Assembly: GCA_963666275.2 (NCBI GenBank)
Contig: CAXXOA010000001.1
Span: 1,312,001-1,376,000 of the forward strand
Reading direction: 5' to 3'
DNA length: 64,000 nt
Source: Oceanispirochaeta sp.
GTDB taxonomy: Bacteria > Spirochaetota > Spirochaetia > DSM-2461
Shown in pieces: positions 48,782 through 58,358 of the stretch; position 1 is the stretch's first letter; each line of letters starts with the position of its first letter. The position numbers were made by a program, and so were the translations under genes. The notes under the pieces were generated by a model. That model saw only the letters and a program-made list of their open reading frames with translations. It had not been told where the DNA came from and did not search any database.

Positions 48782-48791
48782 GGGACGGAGG
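48782..48791 (+). repeat. Dispersed GGGACGGAGG motif in a convergent intergenic region
   Basis: Exact copy followed by AT, like the 39681-39723 and 41631 copies. Confidence 0.6.
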
Positions 48792-48834
48792 ATGAACAAT
48801 CCGCCGATGCTGTCCGGAAGGGAACTGCCCCGGG

Positions 48835-49842
48835 TTATCTGTTTCCCAGAGTTTCTCCCGGGTGCAGCTCCGGCAGTATCAGCCTCGCCTCGGAGGGCCC
48901 TGTCTTACCGGATATCACATCCAGCAGAAGGTTCACAGCTTCCATCCCCAGGGCAATCCGTTCGTTGCTCCAGCAGGTCCATTTCACATTCGAAGTAAAC
49001 CACTGGTCCTCCAGAAGGACGGCAGATATATCCTCTCCCAGAGTTAATCCCATGTCTTCGCAGGTTTTTTCAAGCTGGATCGCCAGTTCCTTTCTTTCCA
49101 GAAAGAGCAGACTGACCTCTTCATTGAGAAAATCCCGGATCATTGAATCAGTTATGCCCTCTGTTTTGACGCTGAGGCACTCTCCCCGACCCGAAATCTC
49201 CCAGGCCCGGTCAAGAAAATCCTGTCTGTCTGAGTAGGGTTCGCTGTTTTCGCTGTTCCGGAGGTACCGGCATCTGGTGTGGCCTTTTTCACAGGCCAGA
49301 CGGACAAGGTTCTCTATGACATTTTTATAGTCATAGTTCACCATATTAACCTGCCGCCCCTCCATATCCCTTCTTCCTATAAACACAAGAGGAAAGTTGT
49401 CGTCAATCAGCCTGAGCAGGACATCCGTATGCCGTTCGATACCGATGAGGATTCCTCCGTCCCCCAGTTTCAGTCTGTTCAGGTCAACCGGAGCCCCGTT
49501 GCTGTGGCGCTGTTTATTCGTCAGGAGGAGTATATCAAAACCGGTTTTTTCGGCAGTTTTCTCTATGCCCAGCAGAAACTCGTAAAATTCACTTTCCGCT
49601 TCAAAGGGAAAGGCCGCTTCATAGGAGAAAATAGACAGTATGTGCGATTTTCCCGACACAAGGTTCTGGGCGGCCGGGTTGGGGACATAGCCCAGTTTGC
49701 GGGCGGCTTCCTGAATCTTCTCCTGACTCTCTTTTCCCACCCGGATCCCTTTTCCCACTTTGTTGTTGAGAACTGCAGAAACCGCAGAGGGGGAGACCCC
49801 GGCTTCCTGCGCCACATCTTTGATACTGATCTTCTTCTTCAT
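48835..49842 (-). CDS. LacI family transcriptional regulator
   Basis: SIKDVAQEAGVSPSAVSAVLN...LGYVPNPAAQNL. Confidence 0.92.
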   Translation of the reverse strand: MKKKISIKDVAQEAGVSPSAVSAVLNNKVGKGIRVGKESQEKIQEAARKLGYVPNPAAQNLVSGKSHILSIFSYEAAFPFEAESEFYEFLLGIEKTAEKTGFDILLLTNKQRHSNGAPVDLNRLKLGDGGILIGIERHTDVLLRLIDDNFPLVFIGRRDMEGRQVNMVNYDYKNVIENLVRLACEKGHTRCRYLRNSENSEPYSDRQDFLDRAWEISGRGECLSVKTEGITDSMIRDFLNEEVSLLFLERKELAIQLEKTCEDMGLTLGEDISAVLLEDQWFTSNVKWTCWSNERIALGMEAVNLLLDVISGKTGPSEARLILPELHPGETLGNR

Positions 49843-49872
49843 ATGTAAACCTTCGCCTGAGTTTCTTATCTT

Positions 49873-51225
49873 TTAATCCGGGAGGAATGCCTTCTGCTTT
49901 TTTAACAGAGTCTGTATCTTTACAGGATCCAGATCCGGAAAGGCCAGTCCTGTCCGGACCGCAATCACAGCGGCAGCTCCTCCGGCATGCCCTATCGCAC
50001 CGGCTCCCGGGGTTGTTCTGAACGCGGCCTGGGCCTCGAATTCACCGGAAATGCATCGCCCCACTGTCAGCAGATTGGGAACCTGTGAATTCACCAGGGA
50101 GCGGTAGGGCAGAGTGTAGTACTCCCCCCAGGCCAGATGGCTGCTATAGGTATCCTCTCCGCTGGGGCTGTGGATATCCACAGGATACCCGTTACACACC
50201 ACCGCATCGGGGAATTTTCTCCCTTTCAGAATATCATCTTTTGTGACTGTGTATACACCTTTTATCTGCCGGGAGGAGCGGATCCCGATGGAGGGTCCTG
50301 TAAAACTCAGGACCGCATTCTGAAATCCGGGAATCCTCTTGCGGAAAAACGCCGCCAGTTCGGCCGCCTGCTTCCGGCCTTCCACTTCCGCCAGGGTCAG
50401 GTCATAGGGATCTGTTGGATCCAGCCCGGTAATCCGGGATGTATTGATGATCACTTCTCCGGGATTATTGGTTTCAAAAAACAGAATGTCTTCCCTCTGG
50501 AAAGAAAACTCTCCCGCCTCTCTGGCCTTCTGCAGAGTTTTGACAAAACCTCCAATCGAGAGTCTCCCCGCATTATTTATCAGGGAGGTATCTCCCTTCA
50601 AACGGGGAAACTCATCCGGGTTTTCCAGAATATAACGGCGGACTTCCGCCATATCCACACCGTACATTCTCAGTTTCATTGTCATGGGCTGACTGACGCC
50701 GTCATTGTTCCGGCCTTTGGTGAACTCCACCCCCGACCAGGCTGCAAGATCCGCATCTCCCGTGGCATCAATATAATGGTCTCCTTTCACATCCGAAAGG
50801 CCCGCCTTATTGCAGAGGGAGAGTCCGGTGATCCTGTCCTCCTCTTTGGACACCCCGGCCAGCATGGTGTGGTAGAGCAGTGTCCCTCCGGCTTCCAGGT
50901 ACATCGATTCCAGCTCGCTTTTCATTCCCTCCAGATCAAAGGGGGTGACAGAATAGGTATAGCCTGTGGTATCGAAGATATGCCCCGGTGAGAGTCCTTT
51001 GGCGGCCATACGTTCAATCAGCTCGCCCGTAATGCCCCGGATGACCTGATTGTCTCCGGCATGAAATGTCATCATGGGGCCGACGCCCGCACCTGTGAGC
51101 ATCCCGCCCAGATAGCCGTTCTTTTCAATGATCAGTGTTTTTACATTCTCTCTGGCTGCGGAAATCCCGGCTATTGCTCCGGAGATTCCCCCGCCTGATA
51201 TAATCAGTTCGTATGTTTTGGTCAC
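49873..51225 (-). CDS. FAD-dependent oxidoreductase (FAD_oxidored-type)
   Basis: GTG start 51225: IISGGGISG..A..SAAR, LGGM.T, IDATGDADL, LPYRSL, VGRCIS. Confidence 0.85.
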   Translation of the reverse strand: MTKTYELIISGGGISGAIAGISAARENVKTLIIEKNGYLGGMLTGAGVGPMMTFHAGDNQVIRGITGELIERMAAKGLSPGHIFDTTGYTYSVTPFDLEGMKSELESMYLEAGGTLLYHTMLAGVSKEEDRITGLSLCNKAGLSDVKGDHYIDATGDADLAAWSGVEFTKGRNNDGVSQPMTMKLRMYGVDMAEVRRYILENPDEFPRLKGDTSLINNAGRLSIGGFVKTLQKAREAGEFSFQREDILFFETNNPGEVIINTSRITGLDPTDPYDLTLAEVEGRKQAAELAAFFRKRIPGFQNAVLSFTGPSIGIRSSRQIKGVYTVTKDDILKGRKFPDAVVCNGYPVDIHSPSGEDTYSSHLAWGEYYTLPYRSLVNSQVPNLLTVGRCISGEFEAQAAFRTTPGAGAIGHAGGAAAVIAVRTGLAFPDLDPVKIQTLLKKQKAFLPD

Positions 51226-51230
51226 TTGTA

Positions 51231-52073
51231 TTATCCTTTGAGTCCTGAAAAAGCCATAGCATTGGTAATCCTCTTCTGAAAAAGGATATAGACAATGAGA
51301 ATCGGGATCACCGAAGCGCTGGTGGCTGCCAGCTGCATATGCCACTGGGGAAGCCCGTAGGAGTCATTGAAGTTGGCCAGGGCCAGGGGGATGGTAAACC
51401 TGGGGACGGAATCAATGAAAACCAGGGGTTCAAGGAATGTGTTCCAGCTGTAGAGAAACGACAGGATCGCCGTGGCGCTGAATACGGGAGTTGAAAGTGG
51501 TACTATGATCTTCAGATAGGTTTTAAAAGGCGAGAGTCCGTCCATATGGGCGGCTTCCTCCAGTTCATCGGGAATGGTGATAAAAAACTGCCTGGTCATA
51601 AAAGTTGTAAATGCCCCCTGGGCACCGAACACCGGGATCAGAATCAGAGGAATATGGGTGTCGATCAGGGCCAGTTTCTTCATGAAAAAGAAGTTGGGAA
51701 CAATGGTGACTTCAATGGGCATCATGAGGGAGCTTAAAAGGAGCAGAAACAGGAAGTTCCTTCCCCTGAAATGCATTTTGGCAAAAGCATAACCGGCCAG
51801 TCCGGAAACAAAAAGATTTCCCGCAGTAACAAGAACAGCAATATAGAGGCTGTTGAAACTCTGCCGGGCAAAAGGCTGATAACTGAAGGCTTCCCTGTAA
51901 TTCCGCCATTGCCATCCTTCGGGCAGAAGCCGGGGCATACCGAATATCTGATCCGGTGTATTGAGGGAATTGATAAGCATCCACCAGAAGGGATAGATGA
52001 AGGGGATCGAGATCAGAATGAGAACTATATAGCGTACCGCAATGGGATTGGCGGAGGGGATTTTAATTTTCAT
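51231..52073 (-). CDS. Carbohydrate ABC transporter permease (MalG-like)
   Basis: EAA loop IPDELEEAAHMDG; WNTFLEP. Confidence 0.92.
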   Translation of the reverse strand: MKIKIPSANPIAVRYIVLILISIPFIYPFWWMLINSLNTPDQIFGMPRLLPEGWQWRNYREAFSYQPFARQSFNSLYIAVLVTAGNLFVSGLAGYAFAKMHFRGRNFLFLLLLSSLMMPIEVTIVPNFFFMKKLALIDTHIPLILIPVFGAQGAFTTFMTRQFFITIPDELEEAAHMDGLSPFKTYLKIIVPLSTPVFSATAILSFLYSWNTFLEPLVFIDSVPRFTIPLALANFNDSYGLPQWHMQLAATSASVIPILIVYILFQKRITNAMAFSGLKG

Positions 52074-52950
52074 AGTGGCTTATCCTTTTTCTTGCACTCC
52101 ACTGGATGATCGTCATTATCAGGACAACTGAGAATAGAACTAGGGCTACAGCACTGGCATAGCCGTACTGGAAAAACTGAAAGGCCTGAAAATAGATATA
52201 GTAGACAAGCACCATGGTGGAGTGGTTCGGTCCTCCTCCTGTCAGAAGAAGGATTGTATCAAAAACCTTCAGAGAACCTATCACTGTGATGATGCTCACC
52301 ATCAGAAGAGAGGGCATCAGAAGGGGAATGGTTATATTGAAAAATGTCCGGACTTTTCCGGCTCCATCCATCGTGGCCGCTTCATAGTAGTGCCGGGGCA
52401 GATTCATCACAGCCGCCAGAAATATAATCACATTCATTCCCAGGTTCTTGATGACCCTGTTCACTATCACACTGAACATGGCCCACCCGGGCTCATGGAG
52501 CCAGTTGGGCCCTTCGATTCCGAATACGCCCAGAAGGGCATTGACGGCTCCCTGGTCTCCTCCCTGAAGAAGGAATTTCCAGACGATTGCCCAGGCAACG
52601 GCGGAAGTGACTACGGGAGCGAAAATAATGGTTCTGAATGCTCCCACACCCCGGAAAGGTTTCGAAAGGAGTATGGCTATGAGCAGGGAAAGGATGATAT
52701 TCAGGGGGACCTGACCAAAGGAAAAGACCAGGGTGTTCTTTATGGTTTTCCAGAATATAGGATCTTCAAAAAGCATCTTTGAGTAGTTGGCAAATCCCGC
52801 AAACCGGTTCACATTGGTCAGGAGGTTTCTTTCCTGAAAGCTGTAGATAATGATGGCAGCCAGAGGCCCGAGGACAAAAATCAAATATCCAACCATTTGG
52901 GGGGCAATAAAAAAATAGGCTGTAATCGGGCTTTTTCTGTTTTTAGTCAT
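52063..52950 (-). CDS. Carbohydrate ABC transporter permease (MalF-like)
   Basis: YYEAATMDGA, ITIPLL.P, TGGGP, GYASA. Confidence 0.92.
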   Translation of the reverse strand: MTKNRKSPITAYFFIAPQMVGYLIFVLGPLAAIIIYSFQERNLLTNVNRFAGFANYSKMLFEDPIFWKTIKNTLVFSFGQVPLNIILSLLIAILLSKPFRGVGAFRTIIFAPVVTSAVAWAIVWKFLLQGGDQGAVNALLGVFGIEGPNWLHEPGWAMFSVIVNRVIKNLGMNVIIFLAAVMNLPRHYYEAATMDGAGKVRTFFNITIPLLMPSLLMVSIITVIGSLKVFDTILLLTGGGPNHSTMVLVYYIYFQAFQFFQYGYASAVALVLFSVVLIMTIIQWSARKRISHYEN

Positions 52951-52999
52951 GAAAAAATATCCTTGAAGGCCGCCCCGGACCGGGACGGCCGGAGAGTTC

Positions 53000-54286
53000 T
53001 TACATCTGGCTTTTAATAGCCTGTGCTACGGAATCAAGAACCGCCTGAACATCGGCATCCTTATTCCAGAGTCGGTCAAATTCTCCCGAGGCACTCAGGG
53101 AAATCTGGGGAAACTTCTCGTGAAAGGGAAGGACTTTTCCGTATTTCAAACCCGGTACCACCGCTGAAAGCATCTGCTCCATGGGAATATCCGGATTGCC
53201 GTCCAGAAATTCGCTTGAGTTCATCACTGATTCTCTGGCAGGAGGCCAGTAGCGGGCCATACGGCTTACATTCTCTTTATTGGTCATAAAGGCAACGAAG
53301 GCCGCTGCGGCGTCCCTGTTTCTGCCCGAAGAGAAGGCAACGATCGCTGCCTGCCCTATGGTACTTGAAGAGGCGGGGCCTTCCGGACCCTGGGGCAGAG
53401 GAGCAATCGCCCATTCCCAGCTGACATCCTTGAGTTTTGATACCCTGCTTATCTGTCCGGTGGTCATGGCGGCAGCTCCCGCATAGAAGTCGCTTAAATC
53501 TCCCGGAGGAACTACGCTTTCATCCTCATAGACCATATCGTGGAAAAGCTGAACTGCTCGTACGGCTTCGGGAGAATTGATCAGGACGTTTCCACTCTGA
53601 TCCCAGGCATCGCCGCCGTATCCCCGGATCATAGGAACCAGATTATGCCAGACCCTGGCGCCGTAGGCGGCGCCGTCCATGCCCTGGAATCCATAGGTTC
53701 CTGTAGATTTTTTTACTCCTGCGGAAATCTCGCGGAAGGCTTCCCAGGTCCATTCTCCCCGGGCTGCCAGATCTCCGGGAGTGGGAACTCCCGCTTTATC
53801 CAGCAGGGTTTTATTGTAAATAACGATGAAGGGAGAGGTGGAAAAGGGGACTCCGTAGACTTTACCGTTATTAACCCACAGGCCCATGGCACTGGAGGAA
53901 AAATCTTCATAATCATACTTCTTCATTTCCCCGGTCAGATCCTCAAGAACACCCGCATTGACAAAGGTGGGGGCAGATGACTCTACAAGCCAGCCTATAT
54001 CGGGAGGATTGGAACCCGAGAGCTGCAGTGTTACCTTGGGTACATAATCTCCGAAGGGGATAGAGTCCACAGTGAGATCTATCTGGTAAGTATCCTGGGA
54101 GGCATTGAACTCATCTGCCATGGTTTTAAACATGGCAAGCTGAGTTTCATTGCTGGTCCAGGTAGTAAAACGCAATGGAATAATACCGTTTTGCTCCTCC
54201 GGACCGGTGCTTTTCTGGCCGTTGGCAGTGACTCCGGCTGTTATGATTGCTAACAGGGCAGCCACAAGAAGGATGCTTTTTTTCAT
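53000..54286 (-). CDS. Carbohydrate ABC transporter substrate-binding protein
   Basis: Signal MKKSILLVAALL..., PDI, YGVPF, YNKTLL.KAG, WTWE; AGGAG RBS. Confidence 0.9.
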   Translation of the reverse strand: MKKSILLVAALLAIITAGVTANGQKSTGPEEQNGIIPLRFTTWTSNETQLAMFKTMADEFNASQDTYQIDLTVDSIPFGDYVPKVTLQLSGSNPPDIGWLVESSAPTFVNAGVLEDLTGEMKKYDYEDFSSSAMGLWVNNGKVYGVPFSTSPFIVIYNKTLLDKAGVPTPGDLAARGEWTWEAFREISAGVKKSTGTYGFQGMDGAAYGARVWHNLVPMIRGYGGDAWDQSGNVLINSPEAVRAVQLFHDMVYEDESVVPPGDLSDFYAGAAAMTTGQISRVSKLKDVSWEWAIAPLPQGPEGPASSSTIGQAAIVAFSSGRNRDAAAAFVAFMTNKENVSRMARYWPPARESVMNSSEFLDGNPDIPMEQMLSAVVPGLKYGKVLPFHEKFPQISLSASGEFDRLWNKDADVQAVLDSVAQAIKSQM

Positions 54287-54328
54287 AATGATTCTCCTTT
54301 TGTACATTCTATAACGGATTAGGCACTT

Positions 54329-54377
54329 TGATAAACCGTTTTATCTGGATGATAAATCGGTTTATCAAAGCTGTCAA
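54329..54377 (-). promoter_or_regulatory. Two LacI-type operators overlapping the promoter of the sugar operon
   Basis: TGATAAACCGTTTTATCT (54329-54346) and TGATAAATCGGTTTATCA (54350-54367), palindromes with a central CG; minus-strand TTGACA at 54377-54372. Confidence 0.8.
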
Positions 54378-54419
54378 GAGTATTTTTTACCTGCCCGGAT
54401 CAGGAGAATCCCCTGATTA

Positions 54420-55157
54420 TCAGTCCTGGGAGCCTTTTCCTCCTTTGACAAGCAGCCAGATACCGAACCATCCCTCGGCAATGACCGATGGAAAAGCGAC
54501 AACAGCGGTAAACAATCTCGCATAGTTCTGGTAATCAGACATCAGGGTATGGGCCATTGTGTCCAGCATATAGGCTGATCCTGAGAGAATCAGAATAATT
54601 CCCAGAAAGAGAGGAGCGCTTTTTGTTCTGACAATAAGATAACCCATTACTATCAGGTGAACTCCAAAAGCTGTCAGACCTATGAGCCAGATAGAATTAA
54701 AAGATTCCAGTGCCACTGCGGCATGGGCATCGAGGACTTCCTGTCCGATGATTTCGAGCCCTCCCGTTCCCTGAAGCAGCTGTATCGCCTGAAAATAGAA
54801 TACCAGCGCCACCCCCAGAAAGACTGTATAGACTATGCGAAACCAGGCGGCCAGCAAAGAGATCTCTCTGTGATTATCCCTGAATAGGATGTAAAGACCC
54901 CAGGCTACGAACACATCAATCAGAAACACAAGGAGGAAACTGGCCATTCCCAGACGGAAAAGCCCCAGGGAATTTCTTATATTTTCCGCTGTTTCAGCTG
55001 TCTTTCCCGGAACAATCAATCCTTCCTTTACAAGGAAATTGGCAAAAACAGCTAATACAAAAAGGCTTAAATAGCCGAATCCCGCTATGAGGGATGCCTT
55101 TCTCTGATCCGTATAGGGCGCCCCGGCAGGGGACATCTCCGACATGGTTTTCTTCAT
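54420..55157 (-). CDS. DUF4386 family membrane protein
   Basis: TAENI......FR.G, DV.VAW.LY, LAAWFR, E....IWLLVKG. Confidence 0.8.
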   Translation of the reverse strand: MKKTMSEMSPAGAPYTDQRKASLIAGFGYLSLFVLAVFANFLVKEGLIVPGKTAETAENIRNSLGLFRLGMASFLLVFLIDVFVAWGLYILFRDNHREISLLAAWFRIVYTVFLGVALVFYFQAIQLLQGTGGLEIIGQEVLDAHAAVALESFNSIWLIGLTAFGVHLIVMGYLIVRTKSAPLFLGIILILSGSAYMLDTMAHTLMSDYQNYARLFTAVVAFPSVIAEGWFGIWLLVKGGKGSQD

Positions 55158-55215
55158 CTTTCTCTACTCCTTAAAAGATTCAATGTACTTGCGACAGAAC
55201 AGATCCCTTTATGTT

Positions 55216-55252
55216 CGTACGGTGTACTATTATAGTAATAGTACACCGTACG
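55216..55252. promoter_or_regulatory. 37-bp perfect inverted repeat upstream of the DUF4386 gene
   Basis: CGTACGGTGTACTATTA-TAG-TAATAGTACACCGTACG (17-bp arms). Confidence 0.7.
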
Positions 55253-55362
55253 GATATCAAGATTTTTTAAACATTAATTTTGAAAATTCCCGGATTCCGT
55301 GTATAGTTTAAAAAGGTCAGTTTAAATACATTTTTTTAAACCATTTAAAATGAGAATCGGAG

Positions 55363-55662
55363 TTGAAAAACCGCAGTAAAACTTTAAAAAATATTATCGC
55401 AAAGATCTCCGGTTTTATGGGATACCATTCTCTGCGCATTTTCGGCAGCATTCCCCGGCACAATACCTATCGTATTCCCGTACTCCTGGAAAGGGATCTG
55501 GATTTATTCCTTGGGGAAGGGGAAACCATTCACTGCCTTGTCTGCCGGAACACACTCACAAGTCAAAATATAGGGACTCTGGTTGCCTTTGAAGGGAAAT
55601 ACAGGTTCTGCTGTAAAAGCATTTCCTGTCAGGATAAACTGCGGGGACAGGGATATGAATAG
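55363..55662 (+). CDS. Small Cys-rich (putative zinc-binding) hypothetical protein
   Basis: CLVC...NIG...FCCKSISC; GGAG RBS before TTG; overlaps the next gene. Confidence 0.6.
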   Translation: MKNRSKTLKNIIAKISGFMGYHSLRIFGSIPRHNTYRIPVLLERDLDLFLGEGETIHCLVCRNTLTSQNIGTLVAFEGKYRFCCKSISCQDKLRGQGYE

Positions 55663-56896
55663 TCTATCCAATTTTATCCATAAGTGCTCAGTCAATGCCG
55701 GTATCTGTACCAGGATAAACCACTATCTTAAGGATAAGGGGTATCTCTACCGCCTTGTCTGGATGGATAAAATCCTGAAATCGGGAAAAATCCTCCCTCT
55801 GGATCAGCAGTTCATCACTGTTATTCCTGAGGATGATAACGAGACAAGTCAGGTCCTTCAGGCATTTCAGGCTTTTCTGTACAGCTTTCACAGAAAAGTC
55901 TACAGAAAAATTAATAACGAATTCAGCAAAGCCCTGGATTATGCCCTTCTGAGAGGTCTTGCTCTCTCTATGGATACAGAAGCCATTGAAATCTTCCATG
56001 AAAACTACCTGGCCCTTCTTGAGGGTAAACCCGAGATTCAGAGTATTTACCAGAAATTGTCAAATCTGGATGATCGGGGACTCCTGCAGTCTGTATTCAT
56101 GAAAGAGCTCTTCAATCTTCCTGCCAATGGAAAGGACTATTCCGAGGAGCTCGCCGGACTGATCGAGTTTCTCAGGCTTCCAACCCGGGATTATTACCTC
56201 AATGGTGATATCCGGATTGCCCTTTATGATAAGAACTTTCCTGTCCCCTCGGAAATCTCCCGTGTCTGCTGCGATAGAATCTATGTTTCCCAGCTCACAC
56301 CCCGCGGCAGGTCTGTCCGTATAACAGCCCCGGTTCCCAGCGAAGCCGAGCAGAGAGTCTTTAAAAGGAAAATTCAGGCAAGCCGTCTCAAACCCGGAGA
56401 AGAAGCCCATGGCTGGGTCATGAGAGTAGAATCGGATGTTGTCCTTTTTGATCTGGACGGCATGCAGGGAATCCTCTTCAAGGAGGATTTCGGATGGCAT
56501 CGCCTCCAGAAATCGGAAGTTTTCCATAATGGAGATTTCTGTGATATACAGGTGGAGAGTATTGATTATAAACAGTGCAGAATCTATCTGAGCAACAGAA
56601 AAGAAACCCTTGATCCCAGAAAGACTCTGGGGTTTCCGGAGATCTATACGATTGTGAAGACCCATATAGTCAGAGAATTTCACACCTATATGGTCGGTCT
56701 GTACAGAGGGACTTTTGAAATAATGATTCCCAAAGAGGAGTTGCCTGAAAAGAACAGGTATTTCCCCTCCAGTCTTATCGGAACTTCAGTCCCGCTGCTT
56801 ATCTATTACATCGATGACAAAAGCCGCCTCTATGGCAGCATCAAAAAGACACATCTGGATAACAATGATCCTCATATTCCCTACTCATCCTACTGA
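55655..56896 (+). CDS. Hypothetical protein with two C-terminal S1-like OB-fold domains
   Basis: Start ATG 55655; G.V.RVESDVVLFDLDGMQGIL..EDFGW...F.NGD...IQVESIDY...RIYLS is S1-like, followed by a second degenerate repeat. Confidence 0.65.
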   Translation: MNSLSNFIHKCSVNAGICTRINHYLKDKGYLYRLVWMDKILKSGKILPLDQQFITVIPEDDNETSQVLQAFQAFLYSFHRKVYRKINNEFSKALDYALLRGLALSMDTEAIEIFHENYLALLEGKPEIQSIYQKLSNLDDRGLLQSVFMKELFNLPANGKDYSEELAGLIEFLRLPTRDYYLNGDIRIALYDKNFPVPSEISRVCCDRIYVSQLTPRGRSVRITAPVPSEAEQRVFKRKIQASRLKPGEEAHGWVMRVESDVVLFDLDGMQGILFKEDFGWHRLQKSEVFHNGDFCDIQVESIDYKQCRIYLSNRKETLDPRKTLGFPEIYTIVKTHIVREFHTYMVGLYRGTFEIMIPKEELPEKNRYFPSSLIGTSVPLLIYYIDDKSRLYGSIKKTHLDNNDPHIPYSSY

Positions 56897-56917
56897 GGAG
56901 GGAATGCTGTACTTTCC

Positions 56918-57595
56918 TTATATCCGTGGGATTACAAACAGGTATATGCTCCCGTAAAAAAAGGCGCTTCCGGCTACGACGAAAAGATGCCAGATGGCAT
57001 GGTAGAAGGGCAGTTTTTTGGCGGCATAGAAAAGGGTTCCCACCGTATAGGAGAGACCGCCTCCCAGGATCCAGAAGCCCGCTTCGGGGGGGATGATTTT
57101 TCTCAGATCCCCCAGATAAAATACAATCATCCATCCCATAAGCAGATAGATCAATGTATGCAGCGGTTTGAGTCTGTTCCAGAATACAAGTTTAAACACC
57201 GATCCCAGAAGAACGATCGACCAGATCAGCCATAAGAGGGGGATTCCTCTGGAAGGGGGAAGTACAAGGCAGAAAGGAGTGTAGGTTCCTGCGATCAGAA
57301 TGTAGATATTGATATGATCCAGTATCCTCAGAAAACGCTTGGCCGGTGAAGGCTTCAGAAAATGATAGACCGCGGAGGATGTGTAGGTCAGTATCATGGA
57401 AAGTCCGAAAACAGCAGAACCTGTCAGAGCGGCAAAATCAGCATGACTCCCTGCATGGATAAGGAGCAGAATAAGGCCGGTCAGAGAGAGAACAGCTCCC
57501 ATGGCATGGGTGATTCCGTTCATAAACTCTTCCCGTGGTGAGTCATGACTGTGTAGAGCGATCCGGCTTTCAAGCCAGTTTGTGATAGTTTTCAT
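56918..57595 (-). CDS. Hemolysin III / PAQR family membrane protein (YqfA/TrhA-like)
   Basis: EEFMNGITH, SAVYH, LDHINIYILIAGTYTPF, HAIWHLFV. Confidence 0.92.
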   Translation of the reverse strand: MKTITNWLESRIALHSHDSPREEFMNGITHAMGAVLSLTGLILLLIHAGSHADFAALTGSAVFGLSMILTYTSSAVYHFLKPSPAKRFLRILDHINIYILIAGTYTPFCLVLPPSRGIPLLWLIWSIVLLGSVFKLVFWNRLKPLHTLIYLLMGWMIVFYLGDLRKIIPPEAGFWILGGGLSYTVGTLFYAAKKLPFYHAIWHLFVVAGSAFFYGSIYLFVIPRI

Positions 57596-57921
57596 ATATT
57601 CCTCCCGATAGGCTGATCATAAACCTGTCCTGAGGGGAAAGGTCTATAGTGTTTTCCTAGTATAAACAGACTATTTGATCCTCTTCTCTCCACAAACCGG
57701 GGATATTCAGGGAAAATCCGGACTGAGACCCGGTTCGGGCTGTTCAATCTTTCAGGGAAGGTATGGTTGCATTGATCCTGAAGGTACGGGATAATGCCTT
57801 CAACTCTGACCATGATAAGATATTCCCCCATACGGCCGTTTCAGAGGAAATTATTTTTCCCTCTTCTATTGATTGGCAGCGGAGTCGTCTTTTAAACTTA
57901 AAAAGAGTCCAGGAGAAAAGT

Positions 57922-58341
57922 ATGGAATGGCATCAATCATCCCGTCTGATCAAATCGGAAGATCTGAATCATCACGGTACCCTTTTTGCCGGCCGCATGG
58001 CCGAATGGTTTGTTGAAAGCAGCTTTGTCGCCGCCGCTCTGGCTGTGGGTAATCCCGATCAGATTGTCTGTCTGAAAATACACGGTATGCGATTCAACAT
58101 TCCCGCCAGGAAAGGGGATATCCTCAAAATCAGATCAAAAGTGGTCGATGCGGGTATTACAAGTATGACTGTATTCAACCAGACATTCTCTACAGGCACA
58201 GGCAAGGTCCTGGTAGAAGGATTTATCACTTTTGTGAGTGTTGACGGTGAGGGAAAAAAAATGGCTCATAATATTGTAATCGAAGCCTGGGATCAGGAAG
58301 AACTTGCACTGCAGGCCCGTGCACGAAGTTTGAAACAGTAA
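57922..58341 (+). CDS. Acyl-CoA thioesterase (hotdog fold)
   Basis: DLNHHGTLFAG, GFITFV; ATG 57922 after AGGAG. Confidence 0.85.
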   Translation: MEWHQSSRLIKSEDLNHHGTLFAGRMAEWFVESSFVAAALAVGNPDQIVCLKIHGMRFNIPARKGDILKIRSKVVDAGITSMTVFNQTFSTGTGKVLVEGFITFVSVDGEGKKMAHNIVIEAWDQEELALQARARSLKQ

Positions 58342-58358
58342 ATCAGGAGAGAAACGCT

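Noticed and set aside
49454..49463. CCTCCGTCCC copy inside the LacI gene
   Set aside because: It encodes GDGG at the normal 'DG.I' position of LacI proteins; a single copy is probably chance. The 9/10 match at 14871 was rejected for the same reason.
56918..57595. Haemolytic toxin / virulence factor
   Set aside because: The hemolysin III/PAQR family is widespread and linked to membrane homeostasis; nothing here indicates toxicity.
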